Below are positions 24,300 through 37,624 of a stretch of DNA of 64,000 bases, one piece after another; position 1 is the stretch's first letter; every line of letters begins with the position of its first letter. The stretch is from Callorhinchus milii (lineage: Eukaryota). The notes below the pieces were generated by a model that was given only the letters and a program-made list of their open reading frames with translations, searched no databases and was not told where the DNA came from. The position numbers and the translations under genes are program-made. The stretch spans positions 110,548,001-110,612,000 of the forward strand of contig NW_024704742.1 in assembly GCF_018977255.1 (NCBI RefSeq), written 5' to 3'.

Positions 24300-24459
24300 T
24301 CCCCTCTCGACTCTCTACCCCCTCCTCGCTCCCTTCCTTCCTTCCCCTCACCCTGACCATTTCCCCCTTGCTCAGGTCCTGACCCAACTGTACAGCGCCT
24401 TGGGACGTCCTCCCGATGTGAAAGGCGCTCAATAAATGGAATCTTGTTGTTGTTGTTGT

Positions 24460-24711
24460 TGGGTAGCAGAGATTTGAATAAGCAGAATTTTGTGAATAGT
24501 GGAGGAGGGGAGACCGGCGAGGAGGGCGTTTGAGTAGTCCAGGCGAGAGGTGACAAAGGCATGGACAAGGGTTTTGGCAGTTTTTGGGGTGAGATATTGT
24601 CAGAGACAGGCAATGTGGAGGAGATGGAAGCAATGGTGCTGGTCAGGACCGGATGTGGGGGAGGAAGGATAACTGAGGATAGAACCTGATGCCTAAGTTA
24701 CATTCGATGTA
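24460..24711 (-). mobile_element. Older L2 (subfamily B), 5' part
   Basis: Minus strand encodes KTLVHAFVTSRLDYSNALLAGLPSSTIHKI..IQ; colinear with 37070-37310. Confidence 0.88.
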
Positions 24712-26221
24712 CTTTAATACCAATGAGAAAAGTTCAGCTTCACTGGAATGTGAATATCTGTATAAATTCCCTTCATCATGTTTTTTTTCAGCGCCTTGGG
24801 ACATCCTCCCGACGCGAAAGGCGCTTTATAAATGTAATTTTATTGCGTTGTTATCTTTTATCCCTCCTGTCTCATTGTAAAAAGTCATGTTCATTTGCAT
24901 AAGCCAAGTGGCTGATTTCCATTCAATAGTGAGTGAACTCGATAGGAGGTCACTAAAGATCTTGATGGTTTACATAACCAACCACACAACTGCTTTCTTG
25001 GGTCCAGCTGTTATGTGTGATCCAACACAGCATTATTCCATCGTCAGCCCACAACTCTCAGTGGAAGTGCCTCAAGAGGACATTGTAGATAGTTCTTTGA
25101 TACTCTGGACCAACCATCTGGTAATGCTAAATATTCAGGTCAGTTACATCATAAAATTATGACAGCACTAAGTCCTTCATTTGTCTGTTCACTGAAATTA
25201 TTCACATTTAGAGCTCAAGTGAGAGTAACTCAGCCACTTGACCCGAGCAAATCAACATAACTTATGATAATAACAGTAAAGGACAAAATTGGCACCAAAA
25301 GAAAAGTCATACAGCAGAGAATACATTTTAGTCATGTAAGACAGTTACAAAGATTAGTTCAAGCATATCGTTAGGGCTTTAGACTGACACTGTAATGCAG
25401 TGCGGGGAGAATGCTGCAATGTTGAAGGTGACGTCCTTCGGATTCAGGTGGATGATCTCATGGCACTATTTTAAAATAGAAGAAGTTCTTCCTGTGTTCT
25501 AACCAAAATTCTCCCAGGTAAAATTGATCATTCACTTCATGGGACATTGCTGTGTGCAAGTTGGCTACCTAGAAAAATGAAGTAAAATTCTGTGAAGCAC
25601 TTTGGACGTTATGATGTTATGGTGATATATTATCAATTTTTAAACATTTCGACAATCGGTGGTGGTGACATGTTTTGACATCTTTAATCTGACATAGTCA
25701 AAATCTTTGATGCCTGGGATTGTATTTGAAAAGAGCAATGTGGCTGAGTTTTCTTGGGCTTTGCTAATTTGCAGTATAACATTGGAAAAAATGGAGACAT
25801 CTATGGAGCACATGACAATTTAGACAGTATGAAGCATTATATCATTGAAAATAGTCTTCCAAATACAGTTCTGTTGAACATGTATGGCAAGAATGGTGAG
25901 AGACGATTACAGTTTATGAGAAATGGGTGGAGAGTTTTCAGTTGCTGAGCACTGACATCACTTTCAATAGCACTGCACGTCATGTGGAGTTTGCTTTTGT
26001 GTTCCCAGGTACTTATGCACCTCTTGAGAGAATAAGCCTGGATACGGGACATAAATTGAATAGTGAAAGTGACAGGAGTTGTGAAAACAAACATTGATAG
26101 CAAATGTTTTGATTTCCACAAGATGCTTCTAGGGGAATAACAAGTTGTTCTGCCAGATTTAATTATTGGGACAATAACCTAAATATATTTGAAGGCTGTG
26201 ACTATTTGGAATAGGAATGAA

Positions 26222-26600
26222 CAATAATAATAAAAATGCTTGGATTTGGTGTCGAAGCATGTTTCAAAGTGCTTCACAGGATTTACTGTCAAATGGAGTG
26301 ACTGCGTATTTGTAGGCAAACGAGGCAGCCCCTTTGAGCACAGCAATGTCACAAAAAACAGCTATGAAACAAATGACCAATTTTATTTGGGGAATTGTTG
26401 TCCAGGACACTAGGAGAAACTCCCTTCTCTTTTAGATTAGGGTCGTGGGAATTTTAAGGTCCACCTGAACAGGCAGAAGGGACCTCGGTTTAACATCTCA
26501 TGCAAAGGATGGTACTTCTGACAATGCAGCACATCCCCAGCACTGCATTGGATTGTCATCTTAGACCATGTAAGTTCAATTCCTCATTTGGGATTAGCTG
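26222..26600 (-). mobile_element. Deu-domain SINE
   Basis: gtccacctgaacaggcagaagggacctcggtttaacatctcat. Confidence 0.8.
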
Positions 26601-26994
26601 TGTGAAGTCCTTTGGCATGTGCTCCCAACCTGAACAGAGCTATAGAAATATAGATTTGGTTAAAATTGTATTTTGACTAAAATTGATGTCCATATATTTT
26701 GTTAGAAAAATTCACAATATGATGTTTACTTGAATACATTAAGTCTCAGGTGCCCAAACTTTTGTTTGTTGTGGACTATATTCCAAAACTGAGCTGCAGC
26801 ATATTGTTATGTAGAATGCATAAATATGAATATTGGCTATCCTTGTGTCTGCTTAACTGTGTCAGGCTCCAATGCAGAAGTGTAATACCAACAAAATAAA
26901 TTAGTTGCCCACATAAATGCAAGGTTCCCAGGATATTTTGAGTTTTCCCACGTAATTTATTTTAGGTAAGTGTGCAGCATAGTGTTAGACAAAT

Positions 26995-27150
26995 GGAGAG
27001 AGTGAGAGTTAGATGTAGAGAGAGAGAGAAGAGGTGGAAAGTAAAGAGTCACAGAGAGGTAGAAAGTTAGAGTCAGAGAGGCAGAGAGACAGAGTCACAG
27101 ACAGAGAGACAGTCACAGACAGACAGAGGAAAGTCAAAGAGAGGAAGGGA
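26995..27150. repeat. GA/GACA-rich low-complexity microsatellite
   Basis: Runs of agagagag and agagacagagtcacagac. Confidence 0.8.
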
Positions 27151-28304
27151 TCTGAATTAATAGGATTAGCCCCATTGGGGATACGGAAATAATATAGATA
27201 ATTGATCATCGCACAAAATTCAAATTGGTTAACTAAAACATTCTTCCATTAAGAATTAAAGTAATACTCTAACACCAGACTGTGCCAGTCATTCTCTCTG
27301 TTTGCCATTTTATCTTTCTAATCTTCTCTTTCTTGCAGAGCTTCTTTCTCTCACTGAGTTTCTCTAACTTTCTATCACTCTCTAACTTGTTATCTTTCTG
27401 ACATTGGTATTCTTTATTTCATCTCTGACATTTTTATTATTTCTATTTCTGACTCTCCATGGTTCTTACCCTATGCTATACCTGGAACAGATTACTAAAT
27501 AAACATTTACTTTCACGCTGTCAGCTCACAGTCATGCTGTTCCTAGCAACCTCACACGCATGCTGGTATTGCAGCCCCAAATTCATGTAAATGGACATGC
27601 AGATAGTTGGCATGTGGATATACTGTGTTCTTTTATGTATCTTATGTTATTTCCAAGCTTGATGTCCAATAGTTTCCATATATTTTCCTAATGTTAATAA
27701 CTAACATTTAAATATGTCATGTTGTCATCTAACACCCTTCTTGGTAACCTGTTTAAGCTGTTGATATCCCTCTGTGCAAAGAAATACTTCTTTCAAGGCT
27801 GAATAAATAGGCTTAACTTAACTTTAAAGTGTTCTGTCAAGCTCTGCAAGGCTGGGATCCGTAGACAGCAGGTTCTATGCCTAATGACTGTTGTAAGTGG
27901 CTTTGGATGAACCATTCGTGCAAAGGGAGAGGGAGGAAAGGTCATTCACATGGTCAGTCACTGACTTTAATTTCCACCTACCTCTGAAAACCTACCTCTT
28001 TGGCTGCACCTATTGTCACACCCTCTTTCTTCCTTGCTCACCCACTACGCAGTGCTCCAAGACGGAACCCTGCATGGAGGGTGCTGTACAAATACAGTTG
28101 GTGTTGTTGGATTTTGCCAGGTGTACCATATTGTGAAAATGAGCACCAGTGACAAATTATCACCCACAGTGTTTCATTCACAATTAGCAAATGGCAACAA
28201 ACTCACTAAGCTCAAGCGCTCTGGGACGCTACCTTGCATGCGGGGCACTATCTAAATACAAGTTGTTGTACCCTTGGGAAATGGAGCAGAATAATCTCAT
28301 AGTT

Positions 28305-28614
28305 GTGGAGTCCTGTAGCTCAGTGGTTAGAGGACTCGCTTTGCAAGCGAGAGACCTGGGTTCGATTCCTGCCAGGGTGAAACCTTGGGCAAGTTTCCTT
28401 ACTCCATATGTCTGATAATAACCCCTCAAGAAAAAAAAACAACAATAAATTGGTAATTTCAATCCACGGCTGTTTGTGGGACACTGCTGTGAGCAATTGG
28501 CTGCCGCATTTCGCTCACAAATATACAGTCAATTCACTTTACAGTCTATTCTATGAAGCACTTTGAGACGTCTAGAAGACGTGAAAAGCGCTATATCAAA
28601 TGCAAGGATTATTA
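28305..28614 (+). mobile_element. Young tRNA-Ala-headed SINE (short subfamily)
   Basis: gtggagtcctgtagctcagtggttagag...gggttcgattcc...caaggattattat. Confidence 0.92.
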
Positions 28615-28970
28615 TCAGTAGTTTGTTTTAAAAGTAATGTTTGAGCATTTGCCTACAAATTAAAAGTTCAGAGTTTCTAACTGTGCCTTGTTCCTCAACC
28701 TAGCTTGTAACAGTTTGGTCTCAATTTTCAGTGTTGTTACTGGTCAGTGCACTGTATGGAAACAATAAGTGCAGGAAAATCGGATGTACAATTTATCTGA
28801 CTTGCATCACACCATTCCTTGTATCCATTCAGTTCAGTTTGACCCTCAAGTTCCCAGTCTAATGTAACTAACTGAAATTTATTTATTTTCCCTGAAATTG
28901 CTCTTTTCAGTGGAACCTTTGTTTAAATAAGAATGACCCAATCATACCAACATATAAAGCATCCTTCTCT

Positions 28971-29148
28971 TTGACCGTGCCTTCGGCTCCCCTCTCGACT
29001 CTCTACCCCCTCCTCGCTCCCTCCCTTCCCTCCCCTCACCCTGACCATTTCACCCCTGCTCGGGTCCTGACCCAACTGTACAGCGCCTTGGGATGTCCTC
29101 CCGACGTGAAAGGCGCTCTATAAATGGAATGTTGTTGTTGTTGTTGTT
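28971..29148 (+). mobile_element. L2 subfamily A 3' end (5'-truncated)
   Basis: Nearly identical to 24299-24459; (ttg)n tail. Confidence 0.9.
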
Positions 29149-31224
29149 CTGTTGTCCTTTCTTTGAAAATGTTCCCTTATGCTTATATGTCGATTTGCTT
29201 GCACTACTGTAAGTCTTGCAAATAATGAAATAAATGTAAATGAAAAATCTACTGTTTTAAGATTGATGGATTTGGAAAACCTCAAGAGTAATGTTTGATG
29301 CAAATGAGAAAACCTGAACATGGGAATGGAAATGTTTTACATATTTTTTGGCATGAATAGCAGTCCTAAGAATGAGAAAATATTCTGTACATTCTGTCAA
29401 AACAGGTGCTTTGCCATTATGGGAGGAAGCTGAAAACATATGATTCTTGGTTTACCTCACGGTGCTAGTTTTCCTTGTCTGAATTATCAGGAGCAGAACA
29501 TCCTTTTGATGACTTCAAAGTGCAATGAATGTTAAAATTGGACAAGATTAAATCTTAAATAGACATTATGATACAATTGAATGAAATGAGGCATTTGATG
29601 TTGTTATATTTATCTCTGGTTATATTATCTCATTGTCAGAGTCCCTGCTGTTGAACCCCCCCCCACTCCCCCTTTCTGGGCCCTAAAGCCTCTTGTGGCA
29701 GCTATTGAACCTGTCACCCCATAGATGGCGCCATTCCTGTGCTGGTTCTCAGAGTGTGAGTTAGATCAGGCTTTAAAAGCGAGAACTTTGGAGTTCGAGA
29801 CCATCAATGGAAAATGTTATCAGACGTCCTTCAGAACGAATAAAAGTCGAGGTCCTAACTGCCTATTCAGGTAGACATTAAATGTACTATTGAAAAGAGA
29901 AGAGAGTTTCTACCTGGGGTCCTGTTGGGTTCTGTTCCTGTGTAAATTTTCTGTTAATGTGGAAATAATTCCTGCATCAGCCAGGAATTTGTTCACTCTA
30001 GTTTGATAACATGGGTACTATTTGGTACTTTCCATGTAGCCATTCTTCACCTATCAGTCTAGATAGTGAGATCAGCAAACTATTTGACAATGGAAGGCAT
30101 CACCACCCAAACCTGCACTCAGCCAACATCTATTTGTGTGTGTTCTCAAACAGGAATCATGGGATGATGAGTAGGAGTAAAAATCCTAGTTTGAAGGTAT
30201 TGAGGTTAATCAAAGCACCTATATTGCTTATCTCAACTAACTCAGCACAGACTAGAGATCTACTCTGAGACCCTTGAACAAATCTGTTCTTCAGGTGAAA
30301 CATTAAACTGAGGTCCCTTCTGCCTGTTCTTGTTCATGTTAAAGGTGCCTTGGCACTATCCCAAAAGAGAAGGGAACTTCTCCCAGTGTCTTCGCCAACA
30401 ATCTCCTTGATAAAATTGATCATTCATTTAATGGCTGTTTGTGGGACATTGCTGTGTATAAATTGTTTATGTACAGAATACACAGTCACTACACTTTACA
30501 ATGGCCAGATAATAATCCTTGTATTTGCTATAGTGCTTTATCACATCGTCAAGACATCTCAAAGCGCTTCATAGGATATACTAGAAAGTGGGTTGACTGT
30601 ATTTTGTGGGAGAATGTGGCAGCCAGTTTGCGAACAGCAATATCTCACAAACAGCTGCCGCATTTGCCCACAAAGTACAGTCAATGCACTTTACTGTGTA
30701 AAGGCATACTAAGGTTTATTGTTATACTGTTTCTTTGTGGTTCTGTTTCTATGTTCTATGACTTTATGAACGTAGCCATAAGCAGTCACCAATTTATTTT
30801 GTAAAAATCTATACCAATAACCCGCTCTTCAAAAAACTACCCCTCAATCCTTTGATATGTAGCAATTATCTGTAAAGCTTTTATGGTCTTTTTTCAAAAA
30901 AGAAAAGTTCAGATAAATTTCAGATTCTTAAATAAAGTTACTCACACAATGTTGTCCAAAGTGAATGGAATCTCTGAATAAAATGATACATTTCATCAAT
31001 ACCCAATTTTCTGCACTTCAACCAGTCACACTCTCAGCAGTGGAAAGTGTAGCTTACATTTCCTTCACCCACAGCTTTTTTCAGCTCCCTCCTCCAAAAT
31101 CTGAAGACACTATGTTTCACACCTATTAGAGTCCAGGACTTTGTAGCCTTTTTGGCACTTCGAATGATCTTTGCGGAAATGGAAATTTATACCTCCCCCA
31201 ACATTTAGCTTGAAATATGTCACA

Positions 31225-31470
31225 AGAGACCATAAGAACACAAGGTTTGTTTAGATGAAGAAGGCTCTTCGGCCCATCCAATCTCATCTCTCCAGAATAC
31301 CCACCATTATTGATCACAATATCAAGCTGCTTTTTAATTGAGTCCACTGGCATGGTCTCAACCACCCTTCCTGATCACCTGTTCGAGTAGTTGATTACAC
31401 TGAGTAAAGAAAAACCTTCTGGTATCTGTCTTGAAATTGTCTTTTACAATTCTAAACCTATATCATCTTT
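31225..31470 (-). mobile_element. Old CR1-type 3' fragment
   Basis: cataagaacacaagg...tagatgaagaaggctcttcggcccatc; similar pieces at 15700 and 62225. Confidence 0.55.
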
Positions 31471-34400
31471 TTCTACTGTATTGATGTATCCTAATGTTAC
31501 AAAACTACATTAAAATAAAGATTGGTAAAAAATTGCATTCACTCCTGAGCCATTTAAGGAACTGGTAGATGGAGTAAACCAGCTGTAGCCAAACTTTGAC
31601 AACCATTGACTCAGTATACAGTTGCCTGACAACCACAGATACCAATATGGAGAATGTGACAAAGAAAATGTTTGTTGGAGGAAAAAAATCCAGATGATCC
31701 ATCTTTTAAGCAACCAAAAAAATCCTAATGTGGAATAGGAATAAGATTCATTGAGTGTGTCACGAGCATCGATTTCCAATGACTGCCAAAAACTAAGGAT
31801 GTAATTCTTTCAGATTGGCAGGTTAATGAGAGCCCAGGCAGATAGAGAGAATAGAAGCCCAACCTGATGCTGTGAAGTGCTGTACCTATAGACTTAGATG
31901 AACAAGAATGACATTTACAACAAAGAAAAATCTGTTAATACTATAATAATCTTGCCTGTAATTTAGCACCTTTCACATTGAGAGGACGTCTCAAAGTGCT
32001 TCACAAGATATACTGAAAAGTGTAGTGACTGTGGATTTCATAAATGAATGCAGCCATTTCCTTGGGATATTCAGAATTTTAACCTACAGTTGGAATTTAA
32101 CATATTAAGTATGGTACAATATTCTTTTCCTGAAAGCTCACAGTGTGACAATGGCACAGACACCAAGGTCATCTCCTGGAGGAAGACACAAATTACAGAA
32201 GTATTGAGAGATCACAGCCCTTGGGACATGTGTGTTGGTCAGGAGCTTATTACAACACAGTTCCTGATGGCAGATCAGCAGTCAAGAAGGAATCCAGGTA
32301 AGGAGTAAGAAAGTAATGAAAGATTTTAACTGTGTTATGAGTGGAACAACATAGAAAAACAGAAATAGAAGGAGGCCATTCAGCCTGTTCCACCAGTCTA
32401 TTCGATCTTGACAAATCATTTAATTCCAATACCCTGCCCTTTCGCCATACCCCTTTATATCTCTACCATCCAAGTATCTGTCTATCTGCCTTTTAAACAT
32501 CTCAAAACATTCCACATCTTCACCACCGTCTATGTGAAGCAATGCTTTCTGACCTCAGTTCTAACTGTCCTAGCTCTGATTTTTAAGTCTATGTCCCTAG
32601 TAATTGAGCCCTCTACCAAGGGGAAGATTTGTCCACCACCTAAGTTGTCAATGCTTTTCATTATCTTAATAAATCATCCTTTAATCTCCTCTGTTCGAAG
32701 AAATAATTTTGTCCTTAACAGGTCAGTGAGGAGGTGCGTTTAAAATATCTGACTGGCCTCATCTAAATATCAGAGCTGAGTGGCCATAATTTCAAATGTA
32801 AATAATATTTGCGATGGCAAAGTTAATTGTTTAAATCCCCCGCCCTCCCCCCTTGGTAGGTACGATTATGGCTCACTACCAACCAAGATCAGAAATGTTA
32901 CAAACTTATTTAATAAATAGCCCGATGCACTTACGAGAAGATGTAAGGGTGTTTATTTTGGAAAGATAAGATCAAATAGATCAAAGGCCTTTTTTTATTT
33001 GGAAGTCTCTTATGAACTCTTTCGGTTTCTTTTTATGTTGCAAAGCCTTAGTCAAAGGCATCTGTATGCACTGTTAACATATTTATCATAAAATAATAAT
33101 AATCCTTACATTTGATAGAGTGCTTTTCATGTCCAGAGGACATCTCAAAGCGCTTCACAGGATAGGAAACTCATTGTGGACCAGGATTTGAACCAGCAAG
33201 CTCCTGGTACATAAGCTACAGCTCTATTCACACCATAGAGGCTGCCCCCATCCTCCTTGATTGAAGTTATTCCATTTTTACAACATATGAAAAGATTGCA
33301 ATTTTTAGCAATCTTCAGGTAAAAGACTTCATTGGACAAACATATAGAATTTAAATCATTGCACAGAGTTTCTGTTGTATGTTTCATGTATGCTGCTGTC
33401 GCTGAGATTTTGTCTCAGGAAAAACTATTCTATTCCATTGATTTATGTTGTTATCTCTCGATTGTATTTCTCAATGATAAATCCTTGGAACATTTTATCC
33501 CATTTTGTAGCTTCATGAGTAATCTACGGTCAACTACAATAGAATTATAACCAGGTCATGTCATGGCAAGATTTAACAAATTTCTTTAGATTTGAAATAT
33601 TGTAGATTTTGAGCAATAATGGAATGGCATAAAAATCAACAGGCTTTTAATAACTTTGCAGTAAAAAATATTGTAATTATCAATTTGATAGCATGATGTT
33701 TATTAAGAATGCGAGATTTCATTTTCTTTGGTGTCTAAAGCAATAAATGCATACTACCTAGGTTATTAAACTTTGCTTTAAACCAGGATAATAATGTTAG
33801 ATTAATTCCTGAAATCCTATTAAAAATCCATCATCAGAACAGCCCTGTCTGTAGCTGTTAAGGCTTGCTACCACCCAGTTATAAGAATGTATTGGAGTGT
33901 ATTTTCTGTTTATTCACATGTTCATTTTTATTTTTCATGTCAAGCCCCAAATAAAATTGCATATGTAATAATTTTATATGGTGGTCAGTAGCTAGATCCC
34001 TTTAAGTTGTTATCTGGTGTTTACATGGCACTACCACACTGTGTTCTTCATGAACACATTATAACAATATGAAAAGGGCCTCTGCTGCAATGCTTTCTGC
34101 CCTGGGAAATAATGGCATAATTTTACTGAGTGATATTAATAAAAAAAGTGGTGTGGGAATTTCTTTTCTTTCACGACATTGTGTCTCTGAAGAAGAAATT
34201 GCAGGAGAATGATTTATTTTAAGAATAACTTGCGTGGATGTTTCAACATAATTCCAAATAACTGTTAGTCAGTTTAGTTGTACTCTTATGGGGTCTCTTT
34301 AGGTTCTTTTACTTAAAAGTCATCCCTACATATATACACCAATAAAAAGGATGCAGCTGCTTTGAAATGATTGCCCGAATGAACAGGAAGCAAATGCATT

Positions 34401-34479
34401 TACTGCACTAGTAAAAATGCCCTGGGAGGTTTAGTCTTGCCAGTCACCCATTCTATCAGCTCAAAAAATGATATTTAAT

Positions 34480-35255
34480 ATAATAATCCTTGCAGTTGAT
34501 ATAGCGCCTTATTACATTGTCAAGACACCTCAAAAGATGTCACAAGAAGTGTAGTGACTGTATATTTCTGGGAAAACGCAAATCCAATTTGCGTACATCG
34601 TTGTTCCACAAACAGCATTGAAGTGAATGACGTTTTTTTAATTCGGGCAATGATGGCCAGGATACTGGGAGAAACTCTCTTCTTTTATTGAAATAGTATT
34701 GTGAGATCTTTTACAAACACCGGGAAAAGCAGTCAGGGCCTTATTTAGGGTCTCATCTGAAGGGCCGCACCTCAACAATACAGAATAACCCCTTGCATGT
34801 GGTATTGCGCCTTATCATGTTTTTGAGACTTCTCCAAGAATACACAGAATATAATGTAAAGTAAATTGACTATATTTTATGGGCGAACTGCGGCAACCAA
34901 TTGCACACAGTAGTGTCCCACAAACAGTCGTGGATTGAAGTGACCAATTTATTATTATTATGTTTANTTTTTTGAAGGAATTATTACCCCCGGAAAAGCA
35001 ATCTGCCAATTGACTAACAACTGGGTTCCTACTAACTGCTAGGTAAACAGAAGCGTGTGGAGTAATTAAATTTGCCAAACATTTCGCCCTGCCGGGGATC
35101 AAACCCAGGTCTCTCGCGCGGCGAGTGCTTTAACTACTGAGCTACAGGACTCCACAATATTAGTCTAGATTGTGAGTTCAAAGTCCAAACATGGGGCTTG
35201 AATGCATAACTTTCTGACTCGGAGATGAAAATTTAACTAACTGAGCCAGGCTGAA
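34480..35255 (-). mobile_element. Deu-domain SINE with a long-subfamily SINE nested at ~34785-35155
   Basis: Deu tail and body 34480-34780, complete tRNA-Ala SINE, then Deu head ttgaatgcataactttctgactc...ctgagccagg. Confidence 0.8.
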
Positions 35256-36339
35256 ACCTTGATATAAACCTTCTCAATAAAATTTGTCCAATAGACATAA
35301 AAAGCAGGGGAATGTGCAAGACCAGAAAACACTGTTTTACCCATTCCAAAATTTTAAAAAATCTTTCTTCTATATCTCACATGCCTCAGTCTAACTATCT
35401 CTTAAATGTGCTGGCATATCTTAAACCCTCACAAAAAAAAAAGGAAATCCCAACAAAATTGTAATGGAGTTTTATGAAAGTTCTAATATCTGAAGTGCAA
35501 AGATGAATAAATGAACACTGTTTCCAATGTCAGGAGAATGAAGTCTGAATTATCCGTAAAGCATTCCACCCTACTCCATTTATCACAATACATTTTTATA
35601 CACAACAGGTCTCTCAGTTTTTAGTATTGATGGATTGTTTGTTTACTTATCTTCAGGCACTATTCGCACAGTGATATTTTTTAAGTTCAAAGGTTTCACA
35701 GATGGGATTTAGCTTTTAGAACACAGGTAGCCAGAGTTTCATTCTGTGTTTTCTTGGTAACTTTACAAATGATCTGAGCAAAAGTTTCTGAATGTTTGAT
35801 GCTATTGAAGGAAACGTTTCAAATGGGATGAAAAAATGTGGTGTGTGATGTGCTATTTATCACACTGTGGGACATTCTGCAACTAGAAATGTCCACCTCA
35901 GTTGATAACAGCTACAGGGAAACACCTCACTCATCTGGCGAGCCACCTGGTAGGACTTTGAACCAATTACCACATTTTGTTGCTGGTTTCAGGGAATAAG
36001 ACTAACTCAACATGTCCAGGACTCTCTCACAATGTGATAATTATAATATCACACACTTTCACACCATATTTTCAGGTGATAGAATGTTGCAGCATAGAAA
36101 TATGCCATTGACACACCAAGTCTTCATTGGTGTTTTTCTGCACATGAGCCACCTAATCTAATGCTCCCTTTCTTAACTTTTCTGTCTCACTCCCTTTCTA
36201 TCTTCAAAAGCTACCTAAAAACCTGCTCATTTAACCGAGCAAGCTCCCATCTCTCCAATCTCCCGCTCAGTATCTAACATTGTCTCCATGTGAGTAAGTT
36301 GCTACAGAACCATAGAAATCTACAACATAGTACAGTTCC

Positions 36340-36468
36340 TTTTCGACCATGCTTATGGTCACCTCTCCCCACCTGGGCTCGGATCGGAGTCAGGCTCTGC
36401 CATTATTAAGTGCTCTGAGACGCTACCCGGCGTGATAGGCGCTATTTAAATTCAAGTTGTTGTTGTTG
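36340..36468 (+). mobile_element. L2 subfamily B 3' end
   Basis: ttttcgaccatgcttatggtcacc...aagtgctctgagacgc...aagttgttgttg. Confidence 0.8.
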
Positions 36469-36599
36469 ATGATGCCATTTAACCCACGTATTAGTATCAG
36501 GGTTTGCTCCTTCAATTAAGCCATCTAACCTAATCCTGTTACTCTTTCTTTGTACCCTTGAATACTCCTGATTATCTAAAATAAAATGAATCCCCAATT

Positions 36600-37604
36600 A
36601 ACAACAACTTGGATTTATATAGCGTCCTCCATGCTGGATGGCGTTTCAGAGCGCTTTCCAGTCACGGATCCCAGGGCTGAGTCAGGGGGAGGGGTGGGAA
36701 GGTGACCAAAGGCGCGGTTGAAAAGAAAGGTCTTCAGCAGAGACCTGAAAGTAGGAAGAGAAGGGCCAAGGCGAAGGAATGGAGGAAGGGAGTTCCAGAG
36801 CCTCGGGGCGTAGTGGCTGAAGGCACGGCCGCCGATGGTGGAGCGGAGGACTCGGGGGACAAGGAAGAGGCCAGATCCAGCGGAACGAAGGCAACATGCA
36901 CTGTTTTGAGGAGGTCAGAGAGGTAAAGGGGTGCGGAGGAGTGGAGGGATTTTAAGACAAGGGTGAGGATCTTGAAATCGATCCTCTCTGGGATAAGCAG
37001 CCAATGCAGTCTGGCGAGGACTGGGGTAATCGGGGAACGGAGTTTGGTGCGGGTGAGAATGCAGTCGGCAGAGTTTTGAATAATCTGGATTCTATGGATG
37101 GTAGTGGATGGGAGGCCGGCGAGGAGGGCATTTGAATAGTCCAGCCAAGAGGTGACAAAGGCATGGACCAGGGTTTCAGCGGCTTTCGGAGAGAGGTATT
37201 GGAGGAGAGGGGTGATGCGTTGGAGGTGGAAGAAAGCGGTGCTGGTGAGGGACCAGATGTGGCGGAAGAAGGATAATTGGGGGTCGAACCTGACGCCTAG
37301 GTTGCGTATGGGTTCATAGAGTTTTAGGGGGAGGTCAGGTAGGTGGAGGAGGTGAGAACCATGAGATTTTAGACGTTGACGAGAGCCAAAGAGTATGGCT
37401 TCCATCTTGTCAACATTCAGCTGAAAGAAACTTGCGCTCATCCAGCCCCTGAGGTCTGACAGGCAGGCTGACAGAACATCAGGGGACTGGGGAGGAGGAA
37501 AAACAGAGTTGGGTGTCATCCGCGTACATGTGGAAATGTACCCCATGTTTGCGGATGACATCCCCAAGAGGGAGCATGTAGATCAGAAAGAGGAGGGGGC
37601 CAAG
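36600..37604 (-). mobile_element. 5'-truncated L2 (subfamily B), RT C-terminal half plus 3' UTR
   Basis: ORF 36734-37567: FFQLNVDKMEAILFGSRQRL, NLGVRFDPQLSF, LVHAFVTSWLDYSN, LHWL..RIDFKIL. Confidence 0.92.
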
Positions 37605-37624
37605 GAAGCATCAGGACAAGATAA

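Larger units (their letters stand above)
20853..24459 (+). mobile_element. Near full-length young L2 LINE (subfamily A), TSD TGGGT, (TTG)n tail
   Basis: Interrupts the older L2 at gagaatgTGGGT|...|TGGGTagcaga; contains APE and RT motifs; 3' UTR matches 28990-29148. Confidence 0.9.

Noticed and set aside
24887..25948. Short ORFs with faint RT-like wording
   Set aside because: No diagnostic motif can be supported by eye
28305..28380. tRNA-Ala(TGC) gene
   Set aside because: A/B boxes and anticodon arm run into SINE body; no proper acceptor stem; repeated as SINE heads
34967..34967. Ambiguous base n (also at 45668)
   Set aside because: Assembly ambiguity, not biology
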